Of a DNA stretch of 64,000 nucleotides, positions 9,494 through 18,733 are shown piece by piece; the stretch's first letter is position 1, and every line of letters begins with the position of its first letter. Source of the stretch: an uncultured bacterium (GTDB taxonomy: Bacteria > Omnitrophota > Omnitrophia > Omnitrophales > CAZLUT01); NCBI GenBank assembly GCA_964562805.1, contig CAZLUT010000003.1, positions 6,707-70,706 of the forward strand. Reading direction: 5' to 3'. The notes beneath the pieces are model-generated. The model saw only the letters and a list, made by a program, of their open reading frames with translations. It was not told the origin of the DNA and did not search any database. The translations under genes and the position numbers were made by a program.

Positions 9494-11314
9494 TTATTCT
9501 TTCACCCTCATCGCTATCCTATCCGAATTTTCGGAATACAACTGGGCAATCACCTTATCATATTTTTTCATAACTACCCGTCGTCTGATTTTTAAGGTTG
9601 GGGTAAGTTCTCCTGCTTCAAGACTAAATTCATTTAGAAGTAATTTAATATATTGAATTTGCTCATACTTGGGAATATCTTCGATTCTAGGAGCAATTCT
9701 TCTTACTATGAGCAAGCGAATTTCTTCCAACTGAATAAGTTCCTCTTTTGTCCCGAACGAAAGCTTTTTAAACCCGGCGTAATGCTTTAATTCTTCAAGG
9801 CTTGGCACAATAAGAGCTGTTAAATAAGGCTTCTTATCCCCGATAACTACAACTTGACTTACAAATTTATCACCAACGATGAGTCTTTCAATGTTTTGGG
9901 GAGAAATATTTTTGCCGCCCGCTGTAACAATAATATCTTTTTTTCGGTCTACAATTCTCAAGAAACCTTCGCCGTCAAAAAAACCAATATCTCCTGTAAG
10001 AAGCCACTCGCCGCTTCTGATTTCAGAAGTTGCTTCAGGGTTTTTAAAATATCCTTTCATTAGATTTTCACCGCGAGCCCAAATTTCACCGTCCTCCGCG
10101 ATTTTTAGATCAACTCCTTCAACCGAACAGCCCACCGTTCCGAATTTAAACTTATTAAGACGATTTACGGCCAATACAGGCGCTGTTTCGGTTAAGCCGT
10201 AGCCTTCTATAATTAAAACACCGATAGAATAAAAAAACTCTCCGATCTCCTTAGGGAGCGGAGCTCCTCCTGAAATAAAAAAACGAAGTTTTCCGCCTAG
10301 TATCTTGCGTATTTTTTTGTATACTAAAAACTCAAATAAATGGTTCAAGCTATTGATTACAGGCGGCACCTTCCTTTTTTTTCTCTCAAGCAAATATTTC
10401 TTACGGCTCATATCAAGCGCGAAGGATATCAGGGAACGCCTCAGAGACGTCATTTCAAGAAGCTTATCATTAAATCCAGCATAAATTTTTTCGTAAAGAC
10501 GCGGCACACTGCAGACAATAGTAGGCTTAACTTCTTTTAAATTTTGAGGGACGCTCGCAAAGTTTTCCGCATAATAAATCTGAGCTCCTCTGCTAAGTGC
10601 AAAATAATACCCGGCTGTTCTTTCAAAAACGTGTGATGTTGGAAGAAATGATAAGAAGCGGTCTGTTTCATCAATTGGAAGCGCTGCCTGGCAAGATGCG
10701 ACATTCACCAAAAAATTATGGTGGGTCAACACAACGCCCTTCGGTGCCCCTGTTGTACCCGATGTATAGATGATACTTGCCTCATCAGAACGTTTCACCG
10801 AAGAAGCAACTTCATTCAAAAATTTCTGCGCATTATCGTCGGGCAGGTCTGTTTTGCTTAAAATATCCCACAAAAATTTCTCATTAGATATTTCATCAAA
10901 AGTAATAATAAAACGAAGATAAGATAATCTAGATCGAATCTTCAATATTTTTTGACACTGTTCCTTGGTTGAAAGCAAAATCCCAACAGCTTCAGAATGG
11001 TTCAGCACGTATTCTGTTTCTTCAATATTCATTTGCGGGTAAAGGGGGACGTTGACGGCTCCTCGAGACAGAATCCCAAGGTCCGCTATTACCCACTCCG
11101 GTCTATTCTCGGATAATATGGCTATCTTCTCGCCTTTTTCAACTCCGCTTTTCTTCAAATGATCTGATAATTTCCGGACGAAGCTCACCAACTCTTCTCC
11201 AGATATTCCTTTATAGATACTCTTTTTTTTAGAGAAGAGAATTTTTTTATAAGGAGTTCCTAAAGTTTTTGAAAGCAGAAACTGAGGAATGTTATTGCAG
11301 GATTTAATATCCAA
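9494..11314 (-). CDS. long-chain-fatty-acid--CoA ligase (AMP-binding, FadD/FACS type)
   Basis: AMP-binding signature IYTSGTTGAPKGVVLTHHN, GYGLTE, linker and C-terminal domain; about 600 aa like FACS enzymes. Confidence 0.85.
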   Translation of the reverse strand: MDIKSCNNIPQFLLSKTLGTPYKKILFSKKKSIYKGISGEELVSFVRKLSDHLKKSGVEKGEKIAILSENRPEWVIADLGILSRGAVNVPLYPQMNIEETEYVLNHSEAVGILLSTKEQCQKILKIRSRLSYLRFIITFDEISNEKFLWDILSKTDLPDDNAQKFLNEVASSVKRSDEASIIYTSGTTGAPKGVVLTHHNFLVNVASCQAALPIDETDRFLSFLPTSHVFERTAGYYFALSRGAQIYYAENFASVPQNLKEVKPTIVCSVPRLYEKIYAGFNDKLLEMTSLRRSLISFALDMSRKKYLLERKKRKVPPVINSLNHLFEFLVYKKIRKILGGKLRFFISGGAPLPKEIGEFFYSIGVLIIEGYGLTETAPVLAVNRLNKFKFGTVGCSVEGVDLKIAEDGEIWARGENLMKGYFKNPEATSEIRSGEWLLTGDIGFFDGEGFLRIVDRKKDIIVTAGGKNISPQNIERLIVGDKFVSQVVVIGDKKPYLTALIVPSLEELKHYAGFKKLSFGTKEELIQLEEIRLLIVRRIAPRIEDIPKYEQIQYIKLLLNEFSLEAGELTPTLKIRRRVVMKKYDKVIAQLYSENSDRIAMRVKE

Positions 11315-11354
11315 TTTTTATTTTCTGTCTATTAAAAATTAATACTCTACTAAC

Positions 11355-11396
11355 AAAAACTCCTGCGAAAGCCTTAACGCTCTTGCAGGAGTTTTG
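11355..11396 (-). terminator. rho-independent terminator, likely bidirectional
   Basis: AAAAACTCCTGC...GCAGGAGTTTTG: 7-11 bp GC-containing stem flanked by A5 and T4; 40 nt downstream of stop of 11436..12170. Confidence 0.6.
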
Positions 11397-11435
11397 TGGA
11401 TATCATTATAAGGATCTTCTACCTATTATGCGGAT

Positions 11436-12170
11436 CTAATCAGCTTTCTCTTCTTCACCGACAGTTTCATCGATTTGAGGAATGTCTGGTATCTCGGGCG
11501 TCTTCGGCACCTTAGCCAACCCTTTAACTTCTTTATGAATAACACGGATTCTCTCTTGATTTACAGCTTTTACTGCGATATTTTTTCCAACTGCTGTGGG
11601 ATACATATTGGTTAAGACTTTATTGTAAACTTTTGCTTTTCGAAGATTTTCGTTAACAGCTCCCATTTGCCGGCGAAGCTCTGCCTGCATCTTAGTATTG
11701 TACCGTATGATTTTTTGAATCTCACTTCTAACAACCGCAGGGTTTGATGAAAATTTGGCGCGGTTTGGCGCAGTGGAAGCCTTTGTTCTTACAGCTCTAG
11801 GTGCATCAATTTTTTGAAGGGCTCCCGCAGGCTTGACTCTTCCCGCTCTTTGATCGGCATTTATTTTTTTTAATACCGCAGGCTCTTCGTAGATACCAGT
11901 CGGCTTTTCAATTTTAGACGGTTCCTCTATGGGGGGGGTGTCTGTTATTTTGAAAGTTATTGGTTTTTGGGCGGGTTTTATCGCTTTGGAACGAACTGAG
12001 ACAGTTGTGCTTTTATCAGCTGAATCAACGCCTTTTTTTGTGACTACGGTCTCTTTTTTTGCCACTTTAGGCTTCGCAACATCCTCTTCCTTTTCCCACG
12101 GCCAAGTAAACGCTGATACAAAAAGGGCTATTCCCGCTACTAGCAATAGCCGATTAATTACTCTCCCCAT
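11436..12170 (-). CDS. secreted/periplasmic low-complexity Lys/Pro/Ala-rich protein
   Basis: N-terminal TM/signal, extended KP/AV-rich region, conserved-looking C-terminal 90 aa; no enzymatic motif. Confidence 0.4.
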   Translation of the reverse strand: MGRVINRLLLVAGIALFVSAFTWPWEKEEDVAKPKVAKKETVVTKKGVDSADKSTTVSVRSKAIKPAQKPITFKITDTPPIEEPSKIEKPTGIYEEPAVLKKINADQRAGRVKPAGALQKIDAPRAVRTKASTAPNRAKFSSNPAVVRSEIQKIIRYNTKMQAELRRQMGAVNENLRKAKVYNKVLTNMYPTAVGKNIAVKAVNQERIRVIHKEVKGLAKVPKTPEIPDIPQIDETVGEEEKAD

Positions 12171-12292
12171 ATAAATCCACCTTTTTTTTAATAACGACCA
12201 CTAATGAGTATTTCAATATTTAAACAAGACAAAGTATTTTGCCTTATTTTTAACACCTATATCAAGTTTTGTTTATATTTTTTTATTATTTA

Positions 12293-14368
12293 CTAGCGTT
12301 CTCTTGCTAACCGCTTGATGTCAGCCATTACTTCTTCGGTTTTCATCTCTCCGGCTTTAATAAATTTGTCGGGATCATGAAAATCTGCCCACCCCGCTCC
12401 CGGCACCACGGGGTGAACATAAATATCTGCGTCCATACTTTGTTCTTTTGCCATCGTATATTCCATAAATTGGATCGTGTTCATAAGAACGTTAAAAATA
12501 TTGGTCGCCATTCTTTCTTTGAGTGCCTTCTTAAAATTCAAAAAAAGTTTTCCGATACCCTTTTTTGACCGGTACTCCTCATATGCTTCGGCTTTTCTGC
12601 TTTTATACAAAATATTACTTTCCTTGTAGTCTTCGGGACTAAAAAGCACGTTAACCCCAATAACTTTACGGCACCCCGCGTTCTGTAAAATTCCAACAGG
12701 AAGCGGATCTAAAATTCCTCCATCGATAAGATAATGCTGCTTGATAGTAACCGGCTTTAAAATCCCCGGAATCGAAATACTTGCTCTCACGGCTTTAGCC
12801 ACATCCCCCTCGCGTAAAACAACCTCCTCTGAAGTAGAAAGATTAGCAGTTGAAATCAAAAGCGGGATTTTAAGGTCTCGAAATTGAACGTCCCCAATCA
12901 GTTTTCTAAAATACCGTATCATCCGCTTTCCTTTTAAAAATCCCATAAAAGGAAATAAAAAATCGCGAAGACCCACAAGTTTCCAGAAAGCCTGCCACCC
13001 TTTAAGTTTTTTGGCCTCCCGCTCAAGATCCTCTGCCGAAATTCCTGTTGCCCACAATGCGCCAATAAAGGCTCCCATACTGGTTCCGGCAATAATATCA
13101 ACAGGGATTTTTTCTTTCTCCAAAGCTTTTAAAACACCAATATGCGCTAAGCCGAAAGCTGCCCCTCCGCCGAGCGCTAATCCAACCAGCACCTCACCTA
13201 GTTCTCGAGCTAAATACCGAATTGACCGCGAATAAGGGGTTTCGGGATCCTGAAGAACAAACAGCTCCTTACTTTTTTCCGGGTTTTTAAAAAAAGACTC
13301 GTAAGGAATTGTATGAAAAATAGAGTGTTTCAATAAATTTTCACTTTGGCGGAGCGTTATCTTTTTGCTAATTTCAGACTCAACCATTAAAAGACGTAGA
13401 TGCGAAGCTCTAAACTTAAAATAATCCCGAACCTGATCCAGAAATTCACCTGTTTTTGCAAGTATTTCGGATGATTTTTTGGAAAGAATATACGTTGTAT
13501 CTGATTGTTCTATAATTTTTAAGATCAACTCATCAATCTGACATGGAAGATCAATAAAAACATAATCATAATCTTTTAGAAGATGGCTCATTAACGTTGT
13601 AAAGCGCCTGATCGTTTCTTCAGTAATACCCGCTATTTCAACTGAAAGTTCTGATATGCCGTGACGATGCTTATGAATTTTCTGAGGCCAAGCGGCACTT
13701 TCAGAAAATTCAATTTCCTTAATTGAGACTGCTTTATCTTTTTGGGAAGAGCCTGTCTTTCCTCCTTTGTCCGCAGGCGAATTTAGATTAACAATAATAA
13801 CTTTGCGTCCTGTCTCCTTGTGAAGCGAAGCGGCTAAATTATTCAAAAAAATCGTTTTACCGATACCGCGTTCAATATGGTAAACCGAGATAATCTTAGC
13901 TTCCCCCTCAACTTCACTTGATAAAGTCTTCCGGCTTAATCGAATGCCCATCGACCGGGTCAGCTGAAGTGATAAGGGCGGAATTTCCTCAAGAACTTTA
14001 TTAAATTGTTCTTTGTCAATTTGCAAGATGAGAGCGTCGTTTTGAGCCTCAGCACTTACGGTTCTTTTTTGCCCTGTTAAAAGAGAAACTTCTCCAAAAT
14101 AATCGCCGTGATATAGTGTTGAAATTATTTTTAAAGCCCCTGCTTCTTCCTTTTGATAAATCTTCACTCGGCCTGAAACTATTACATAAAAGGCTTTCCC
14201 TTCTTCTCCTTCTTTATAAATCCAGTCATTTTTTTTGAATTCAACCAGGCGAACTCTTTTTTCAAGCTGCCTCAATTGAAATCCTGTCAAAGAAGAAAAA
14301 AGAGGTATATGGGTAAGCTTGTGGCCGCGCCCTATTTCAAATTTTTTACCAAAGAAAAAGAAAGCCAT
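12293..14368 (-). CDS. three-domain protein: cyclic-nucleotide-binding domain + degenerate ParA/MinD-like P-loop domain + patatin-like phospholipase
   Basis: CAP_ED signature (FGEVSLLTGQKRTVSAEA) residues about 20-135; KIISVYHIERGIGKT deviant Walker A and VFIDLP Walker B-like; patatin GGGAAFGLAHIG (GXGXXG) and GTSMG (GXSXG) plus DGG catalytic Asp region. Confidence 0.75.
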   Translation of the reverse strand: MAFFFFGKKFEIGRGHKLTHIPLFSSLTGFQLRQLEKRVRLVEFKKNDWIYKEGEEGKAFYVIVSGRVKIYQKEEAGALKIISTLYHGDYFGEVSLLTGQKRTVSAEAQNDALILQIDKEQFNKVLEEIPPLSLQLTRSMGIRLSRKTLSSEVEGEAKIISVYHIERGIGKTIFLNNLAASLHKETGRKVIIVNLNSPADKGGKTGSSQKDKAVSIKEIEFSESAAWPQKIHKHRHGISELSVEIAGITEETIRRFTTLMSHLLKDYDYVFIDLPCQIDELILKIIEQSDTTYILSKKSSEILAKTGEFLDQVRDYFKFRASHLRLLMVESEISKKITLRQSENLLKHSIFHTIPYESFFKNPEKSKELFVLQDPETPYSRSIRYLARELGEVLVGLALGGGAAFGLAHIGVLKALEKEKIPVDIIAGTSMGAFIGALWATGISAEDLEREAKKLKGWQAFWKLVGLRDFLFPFMGFLKGKRMIRYFRKLIGDVQFRDLKIPLLISTANLSTSEEVVLREGDVAKAVRASISIPGILKPVTIKQHYLIDGGILDPLPVGILQNAGCRKVIGVNVLFSPEDYKESNILYKSRKAEAYEEYRSKKGIGKLFLNFKKALKERMATNIFNVLMNTIQFMEYTMAKEQSMDADIYVHPVVPGAGWADFHDPDKFIKAGEMKTEEVMADIKRLARER

Positions 14369-14603
14369 AATGTTGTTTTATCGGCTAAATAAGAAAAAGA
14401 GTTGATTAAAAAGCTTACAGTTTCAAGCTAATTTAAAGATACCGAAGCTGATTAATTAAAACCATCCATTCGGGGTGTTTTTGAGCGATTTGCAAGACTC
14501 TTTCCTTTTTTATTATGAAAAGAGTCTTACCATGAACGAAAAAATATCCCGGATGGGTGGGTTGAGAGCTGTTTGACGAGATAAGATATGCCTGAGGTAT
14601 AAA

Positions 14604-16250
14604 TTATCCCAATATCTTATCCAATACTGCGGTATTCTTTCGAACTTCCGCGCGATATTCCTGTTTCTGCCTCTCAATCTCTTCATCGCTCCAATGCAGA
14701 TAGTCTTGGTAAATCTTGGCAACCGCATCCAGCAAATCCAATCCGCTCGAGGGGGAAAAGAAAAGCAAACTTCTTCTTCTGAGAAAATCGGTCAGCGTTA
14801 AAACCATTTCATCTTTAATTGCATAAACAACCTCCGCCTTAATCACAGGTGAGTAGGGCACAATCCGTTCTTTTAAATCGGGATCGTAATCAAGTAATTT
14901 AAAGATCTCTAATATATTTCTACCATGTGATTGCCATAAGTGATCTTTAATATCGTCACCCAGCTCATAATATTTCGCGCGACGATTCAAATTGACCCGC
15001 TCTTTAAGGCTTTCCTCGTCTTCTTGAATAAGTCCGTTTAAGGAAAGAATGCTCGTATCTTCATATCTCGGTGATTTTCCTATTTTTTTCAACACTAAAC
15101 TCATCACCTTTTCGGCCAAACTTCTAAATGTTGTGTATTTACCTCCCAATACCGAAATTAGACCGCACTCAAGTTCTTCAATCTCATATTCGCGGGATAA
15201 TTTTTCAGAGCTTACACCTTGTTCTTCAACTAAAGCGCGCAATCCCGTAAAACTCGTATAAACATCGCGTTTACCAAGCTGAATATCCGGAACCACCCGT
15301 TTTAATTCCTGAAATAAATATTCTATTTCCTCTTTTAAAGCGTAGCATTCGGAAGGTTTGCCACTAAAGTCTGAATCAGTTGTTCCGATTAAACTAGTCC
15401 CCCCTAACCAAGGAACAACAAAAAAGATCCGGCCGTCACTTGAAGGTGCTGCAATAGCAATCGCTTTTGAATCTTCTTTGGCTTCAAATAAACGCTTTGT
15501 TACTATATGGATTCCTTTGCTCATCCGAACCTTTTTTGAAGTCTGTCCATCCGCGAGTTGCCTGATACTGTCTGCCCAGACGCCGCCGGCGTTAATAAAA
15601 ACTTTTCCTTTAACCCGAAATTCGCGGCCCGTCTTAAGATCCCGAATTGTTGCACTATCAATTTTCCCCTCCTTGTGGCTAAAATTAACAAGTCTCGCGT
15701 AATTTAAAACCGTAGCCCCCATATCAAAGGCCGCTTTAAGCGTTTCAAGACATGCTCTGGCATCATCCATCTGGGCGTCCCAATAAAGACATCCGCCGCT
15801 CAAGCCGTTTTTTTTCATATCAGGAAAAATACTTGCTATCTTTTTTGAGGACCAGTTTTTATGCGGTTTAAATTTTGATTTCTTTGCCAAAAAATCATAG
15901 AGGCTGATACCGATCTGTATTTGCCAAAGCGGCTTTTTATCCTCTTTAAAGACAGGGAACAAAAATGGAAGAGGTTTTACCAAATGCGGCATCAAATTCA
16001 TCAAAACACGGCGTTCTTTTAGCGATTCCTTTACAAGACGGACCCTTCCGTGTTCAAGATACCTTAAACCGCCATGAACCAGCTTAGTTGAACGACTTGA
16101 AGTGCCGCTTGCAAAATCTCCTCGATCAATTAATAACGTTTTAAGCCCTTGTAAACACATTTCCCGGGCAATACCGGCACCTTGAATACCACCGCCGATT
16201 ACAACACAATCAAATTCAGAATTTTCTAAAAATTCAATCTCTCTTTTCAT
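14604..16250 (-). CDS. glpD: FAD-dependent glycerol-3-phosphate dehydrogenase
   Basis: N-terminal FAD fold DCVVIGGGIQGAGIARE, GlpD/GlpA family length and C-terminal domain; ATGA overlap with glpK. Confidence 0.85.
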   Translation of the reverse strand: MKREIEFLENSEFDCVVIGGGIQGAGIAREMCLQGLKTLLIDRGDFASGTSSRSTKLVHGGLRYLEHGRVRLVKESLKERRVLMNLMPHLVKPLPFLFPVFKEDKKPLWQIQIGISLYDFLAKKSKFKPHKNWSSKKIASIFPDMKKNGLSGGCLYWDAQMDDARACLETLKAAFDMGATVLNYARLVNFSHKEGKIDSATIRDLKTGREFRVKGKVFINAGGVWADSIRQLADGQTSKKVRMSKGIHIVTKRLFEAKEDSKAIAIAAPSSDGRIFFVVPWLGGTSLIGTTDSDFSGKPSECYALKEEIEYLFQELKRVVPDIQLGKRDVYTSFTGLRALVEEQGVSSEKLSREYEIEELECGLISVLGGKYTTFRSLAEKVMSLVLKKIGKSPRYEDTSILSLNGLIQEDEESLKERVNLNRRAKYYELGDDIKDHLWQSHGRNILEIFKLLDYDPDLKERIVPYSPVIKAEVVYAIKDEMVLTLTDFLRRRSLLFFSPSSGLDLLDAVAKIYQDYLHWSDEEIERQKQEYRAEVRKNTAVLDKILG

Positions 16251-17734
16251 AACACCCTTCTTATTGCTTTAGTCCAATGACTCATTAAAGATTCCCGCAT
16301 TTTGGATTTAATAGACGGTAGAAACTGCTTGGGGCGCGAGGCATCAAATACATCCCGGCCTTCCCAAAAATTAAGATTCATTCCCGCCAATTTTCCCGCC
16401 CCCAAAGCGGTTGCTTCTACAATCTTCGGCCGTATTACCGGAATACCTAATAAGTTCGATTGAAATTGCATTAAATAATTATTTCGGCTTCCGCCGCCAT
16501 CAACCTTTAAAGACTTTAGTTTTGTCTTAGTCTCTTCTCTAAACAAAGCGGCCATTTCAGCCACCGGATAGGCTAATGACTCTAGAGTCGAAGTAATCAA
16601 TTCTTCTTGCGTCGTGCCGCGCGTTAAGCCAATAAAGGCCCCGCGTGCTTCAGGGTTCCAATAAGGGACCCCTAGACCAACAAACGCCGGAATCATAAAA
16701 ACATATGGGTGTGGGTGTTTCTTTCGAAATCGATAGGCAATAGCTTCTGTGTCCGATGCTTTCTTGACCCATCCAAGCTCATCACGAATCCATTGAATCC
16801 CCGCACCCGCAACAAAAACAGACCCCTCAAGCGCGTAGGTCGAATGACCGGTTTTATCAACTGCTAAGGTAGTTAGAAAACCCTTATTGGAAAAAAATCT
16901 CTTTTTACCAAGTTGCACCATAAAAAAAGAGCCCGTGCCGTAGGTGTTCTTGGCTTCTCCTAATCGATAACACTTCTGACCAAAAAGCGCAGCCTGCTGA
17001 TCACCTATCATGGCCGCGATTGGAATTCCATCGGGGAGAAAATTAATATTTTTCGTGTGGCCAAAAATCGACTTTGAACTTAGAACCTTGGGTAGAATTT
17101 TTCGCGGCACTCCAAAAACTTTTAATAAAGGCTCGCTCCAAATTTTGTGTTTAATATCAAAAAGATAGGTCCGCGAAGCATTTGTAAAATCAGTCGCATG
17201 AATTTTACCACCCGTAAGACGCCATAAAAGAAAGCTATCGATGGTCCCAAAAAGAACCTCTCCTTCTTTAGCGCGTTTACGAAGAGCGGGGTTCTCATCC
17301 AGCATCCATTTAATTTTTGAAGCTGAAAAATAAGGATCAAGCGGTAGACCCGTTATTTTTCTGAATTTTTCTTCAAACCCATTTTTTTGTTTTAATTGCT
17401 TAATAACAGGAGTTGTTCTCCGACATTGCCAAACGATAGCGCGTCCGTAGCATTTGCTCGTGTTGGGGTTCCAAAGCACGGCCGTCTCCCGCTGGTTTGT
17501 AATTCCAATGCCTTTGATGTCTTTGAGGTCGACTTTTGATGTATGGACTAAATTCTTAAGAGCAAGTTTTAGTGAGTTCCAAATTTCTTCCGGCTCATGC
17601 TCTACCCATCCTGGTTTAGGATAGTATTGCTTAAAAGAATGGTAGCCATGCCCTTTTACCCTTCCCTTTGGATCAAATAAAAGAACGGTCGTGCCTGTTG
17701 TGCCCTGATCTATAGATAATAAATATGAACTCAT
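16247..17734 (-). CDS. glpK: glycerol kinase
   Basis: FGGY kinase N-terminus LSIDQGTTGTT, conserved GlpK blocks throughout (GTSCF-like, DGGxS). Confidence 0.9.
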   Translation of the reverse strand: MSSYLLSIDQGTTGTTVLLFDPKGRVKGHGYHSFKQYYPKPGWVEHEPEEIWNSLKLALKNLVHTSKVDLKDIKGIGITNQRETAVLWNPNTSKCYGRAIVWQCRRTTPVIKQLKQKNGFEEKFRKITGLPLDPYFSASKIKWMLDENPALRKRAKEGEVLFGTIDSFLLWRLTGGKIHATDFTNASRTYLFDIKHKIWSEPLLKVFGVPRKILPKVLSSKSIFGHTKNINFLPDGIPIAAMIGDQQAALFGQKCYRLGEAKNTYGTGSFFMVQLGKKRFFSNKGFLTTLAVDKTGHSTYALEGSVFVAGAGIQWIRDELGWVKKASDTEAIAYRFRKKHPHPYVFMIPAFVGLGVPYWNPEARGAFIGLTRGTTQEELITSTLESLAYPVAEMAALFREETKTKLKSLKVDGGGSRNNYLMQFQSNLLGIPVIRPKIVEATALGAGKLAGMNLNFWEGRDVFDASRPKQFLPSIKSKMRESLMSHWTKAIRRVL

Positions 17735-17849
17735 TTCAAATTTATTTTATCATGAAACCGGAAGTTTTCTATTTAGGATTTTGATAACTTACAACAGATA
17801 TTGTTTTTTTAGAATGAATCTTTTTGTAGTTTTTGGAGAGATAAAAAAT

Positions 17850-17889
17850 AAATAGGAAAATACCGCGCAGTATTTTCCTATTTATTTCT
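17850..17889 (-). terminator. rho-independent terminator for the PilZ gene
   Basis: 14-bp perfect stem AAATAGGAAAATAC/GTATTTTCCTATTT with 6-nt loop, followed on the minus strand by ATTTTTTAT; overlaps stop codon of 17882..18283. Confidence 0.65.
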
Positions 17890-18283
17890 CAGGAAGTTCA
17901 GGATCATAGGCGCCAAGCTCGTCAATTTTATCTTCCAGCCAATTATTATAAGCGTAGTCCAGGATTCGGAACTTATCGACAGGATCTAATCCTAGAAAAC
18001 GAACTCCAACATTGTACTTGGAAGTTTTTTCCTGACTCGGGCGACACCACGCAATTTCCCCATGAGCTTTAACCGACTTAGGGTCATCGGGGATTTCAAT
18101 GGTTAAATCGATTTGATTGCCCGGCTTCAACTTCTCATCCGTAAAAAGCTTCAGACCATCACGAGATAAATCTCCTGACAAACCAGAGACTTCTTTTCTC
18201 TCATCGCCGTGATATTTGAAATGTACATTCACAAACGAGTCAAACCTTTTAAAATTTCGCGCTTCATTTTTTTCTTTTAACAC
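17882..18283 (-). CDS. PilZ-domain c-di-GMP receptor
   Basis: RxxxR (RNFKR) and DxSxxG (DLSRDG) motifs; GTG start with GGAGG SD. Confidence 0.7.
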   Translation of the reverse strand: MLKEKNEARNFKRFDSFVNVHFKYHGDERKEVSGLSGDLSRDGLKLFTDEKLKPGNQIDLTIEIPDDPKSVKAHGEIAWCRPSQEKTSKYNVGVRFLGLDPVDKFRILDYAYNNWLEDKIDELGAYDPELPEK

Positions 18284-18492
18284 TTATCAACACCTCCTCT
18301 AAAGACAACAAAATACAAAAGCTTTTTTTATTAAAAACTTTTGCTTAAGTCTTGAAAGAAAGTTACCACATAGAAGATACCTATTTCAAGTTTTCGGGCT
18401 ATTTTTTTTCACTTTTTTTACTGTTTCTCTTTAATATTTCTACAACTATTGATGTCACTTCTCCCCTTTTAAGAGCAAAAATGCTAACTTTT

Positions 18493-18665
18493 TTAAAACG
18501 AACGAGGACTCTTAATGCGGCAATTGCCGGAACTGTTTGTGGCTTGGTTCTGCCTAGCAAATTAATCAAAGGCAGGCACAAACAGTGAGGCCATAGGTGG
18601 TCGACTGCCGCTGGAGCAGACGAACCACTGGTGACAAATTAAGAGTCCTGTTCGTTTAAAACTGC
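18493..18665. other. inverted-repeat-bounded structured element (MITE-like or ncRNA candidate)
   Basis: TTTTAAAACGAACGAGGACTCTTAAT (18493-18518) and ATTAAGAGTCCTGTTCGTTTAAAA (18640-18663) are 21-26 bp near-perfect inverted repeats; internal 10-bp (ACTGTTTGTG/CACAAACAGT) and 6-bp (CTGCCT/AGGCAG) nested stems. Confidence 0.45.
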
Positions 18666-18733
18666 TGAATTGAAGAAATGCTTTTCGGAATGGCTAGCTG
18701 ATTTGAGTAACTGGTCCCCTGATATTTTTGCTC

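Noticed and set aside
12293-14368. CBASS-like defence effector (patatin phospholipase with nucleotide sensor)
   Set aside because: No CD-NTase/cyclase, E1/E2-like or SAVED/TM partner genes are adjacent. Neighbours are glycerol and fatty-acid catabolic genes. The sensor is a classical CAP-type cNMP domain rather than SAVED.
14480-14535. Hairpin AAGACTCTTT(cc..t-rich loop)AAAGAGTCTT between glpD and the patatin gene as a terminator
   Set aside because: No adjoining T-tract on either strand. It may be a regulatory stem-loop, but this is unsupported.
18352-18588. Small ORFs (78 aa on + strand, 60 aa on - strand) inside the PilZ/STI1 intergenic region
   Set aside because: They overlap the inverted-repeat element on both strands and lack SD sequences. 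Their composition follows the repeat structure rather than codon usage.
18493-18665. Assignment of the inverted-repeat element to 6S RNA or SRP RNA
   Set aside because: A GGAGCAG-like stretch and long stems are present. I could not match the conserved SRP domain IV (GGAA tetraloop/AGCAGCC) or a 6S central bubble with confidence. Left as an unclassified structured element.
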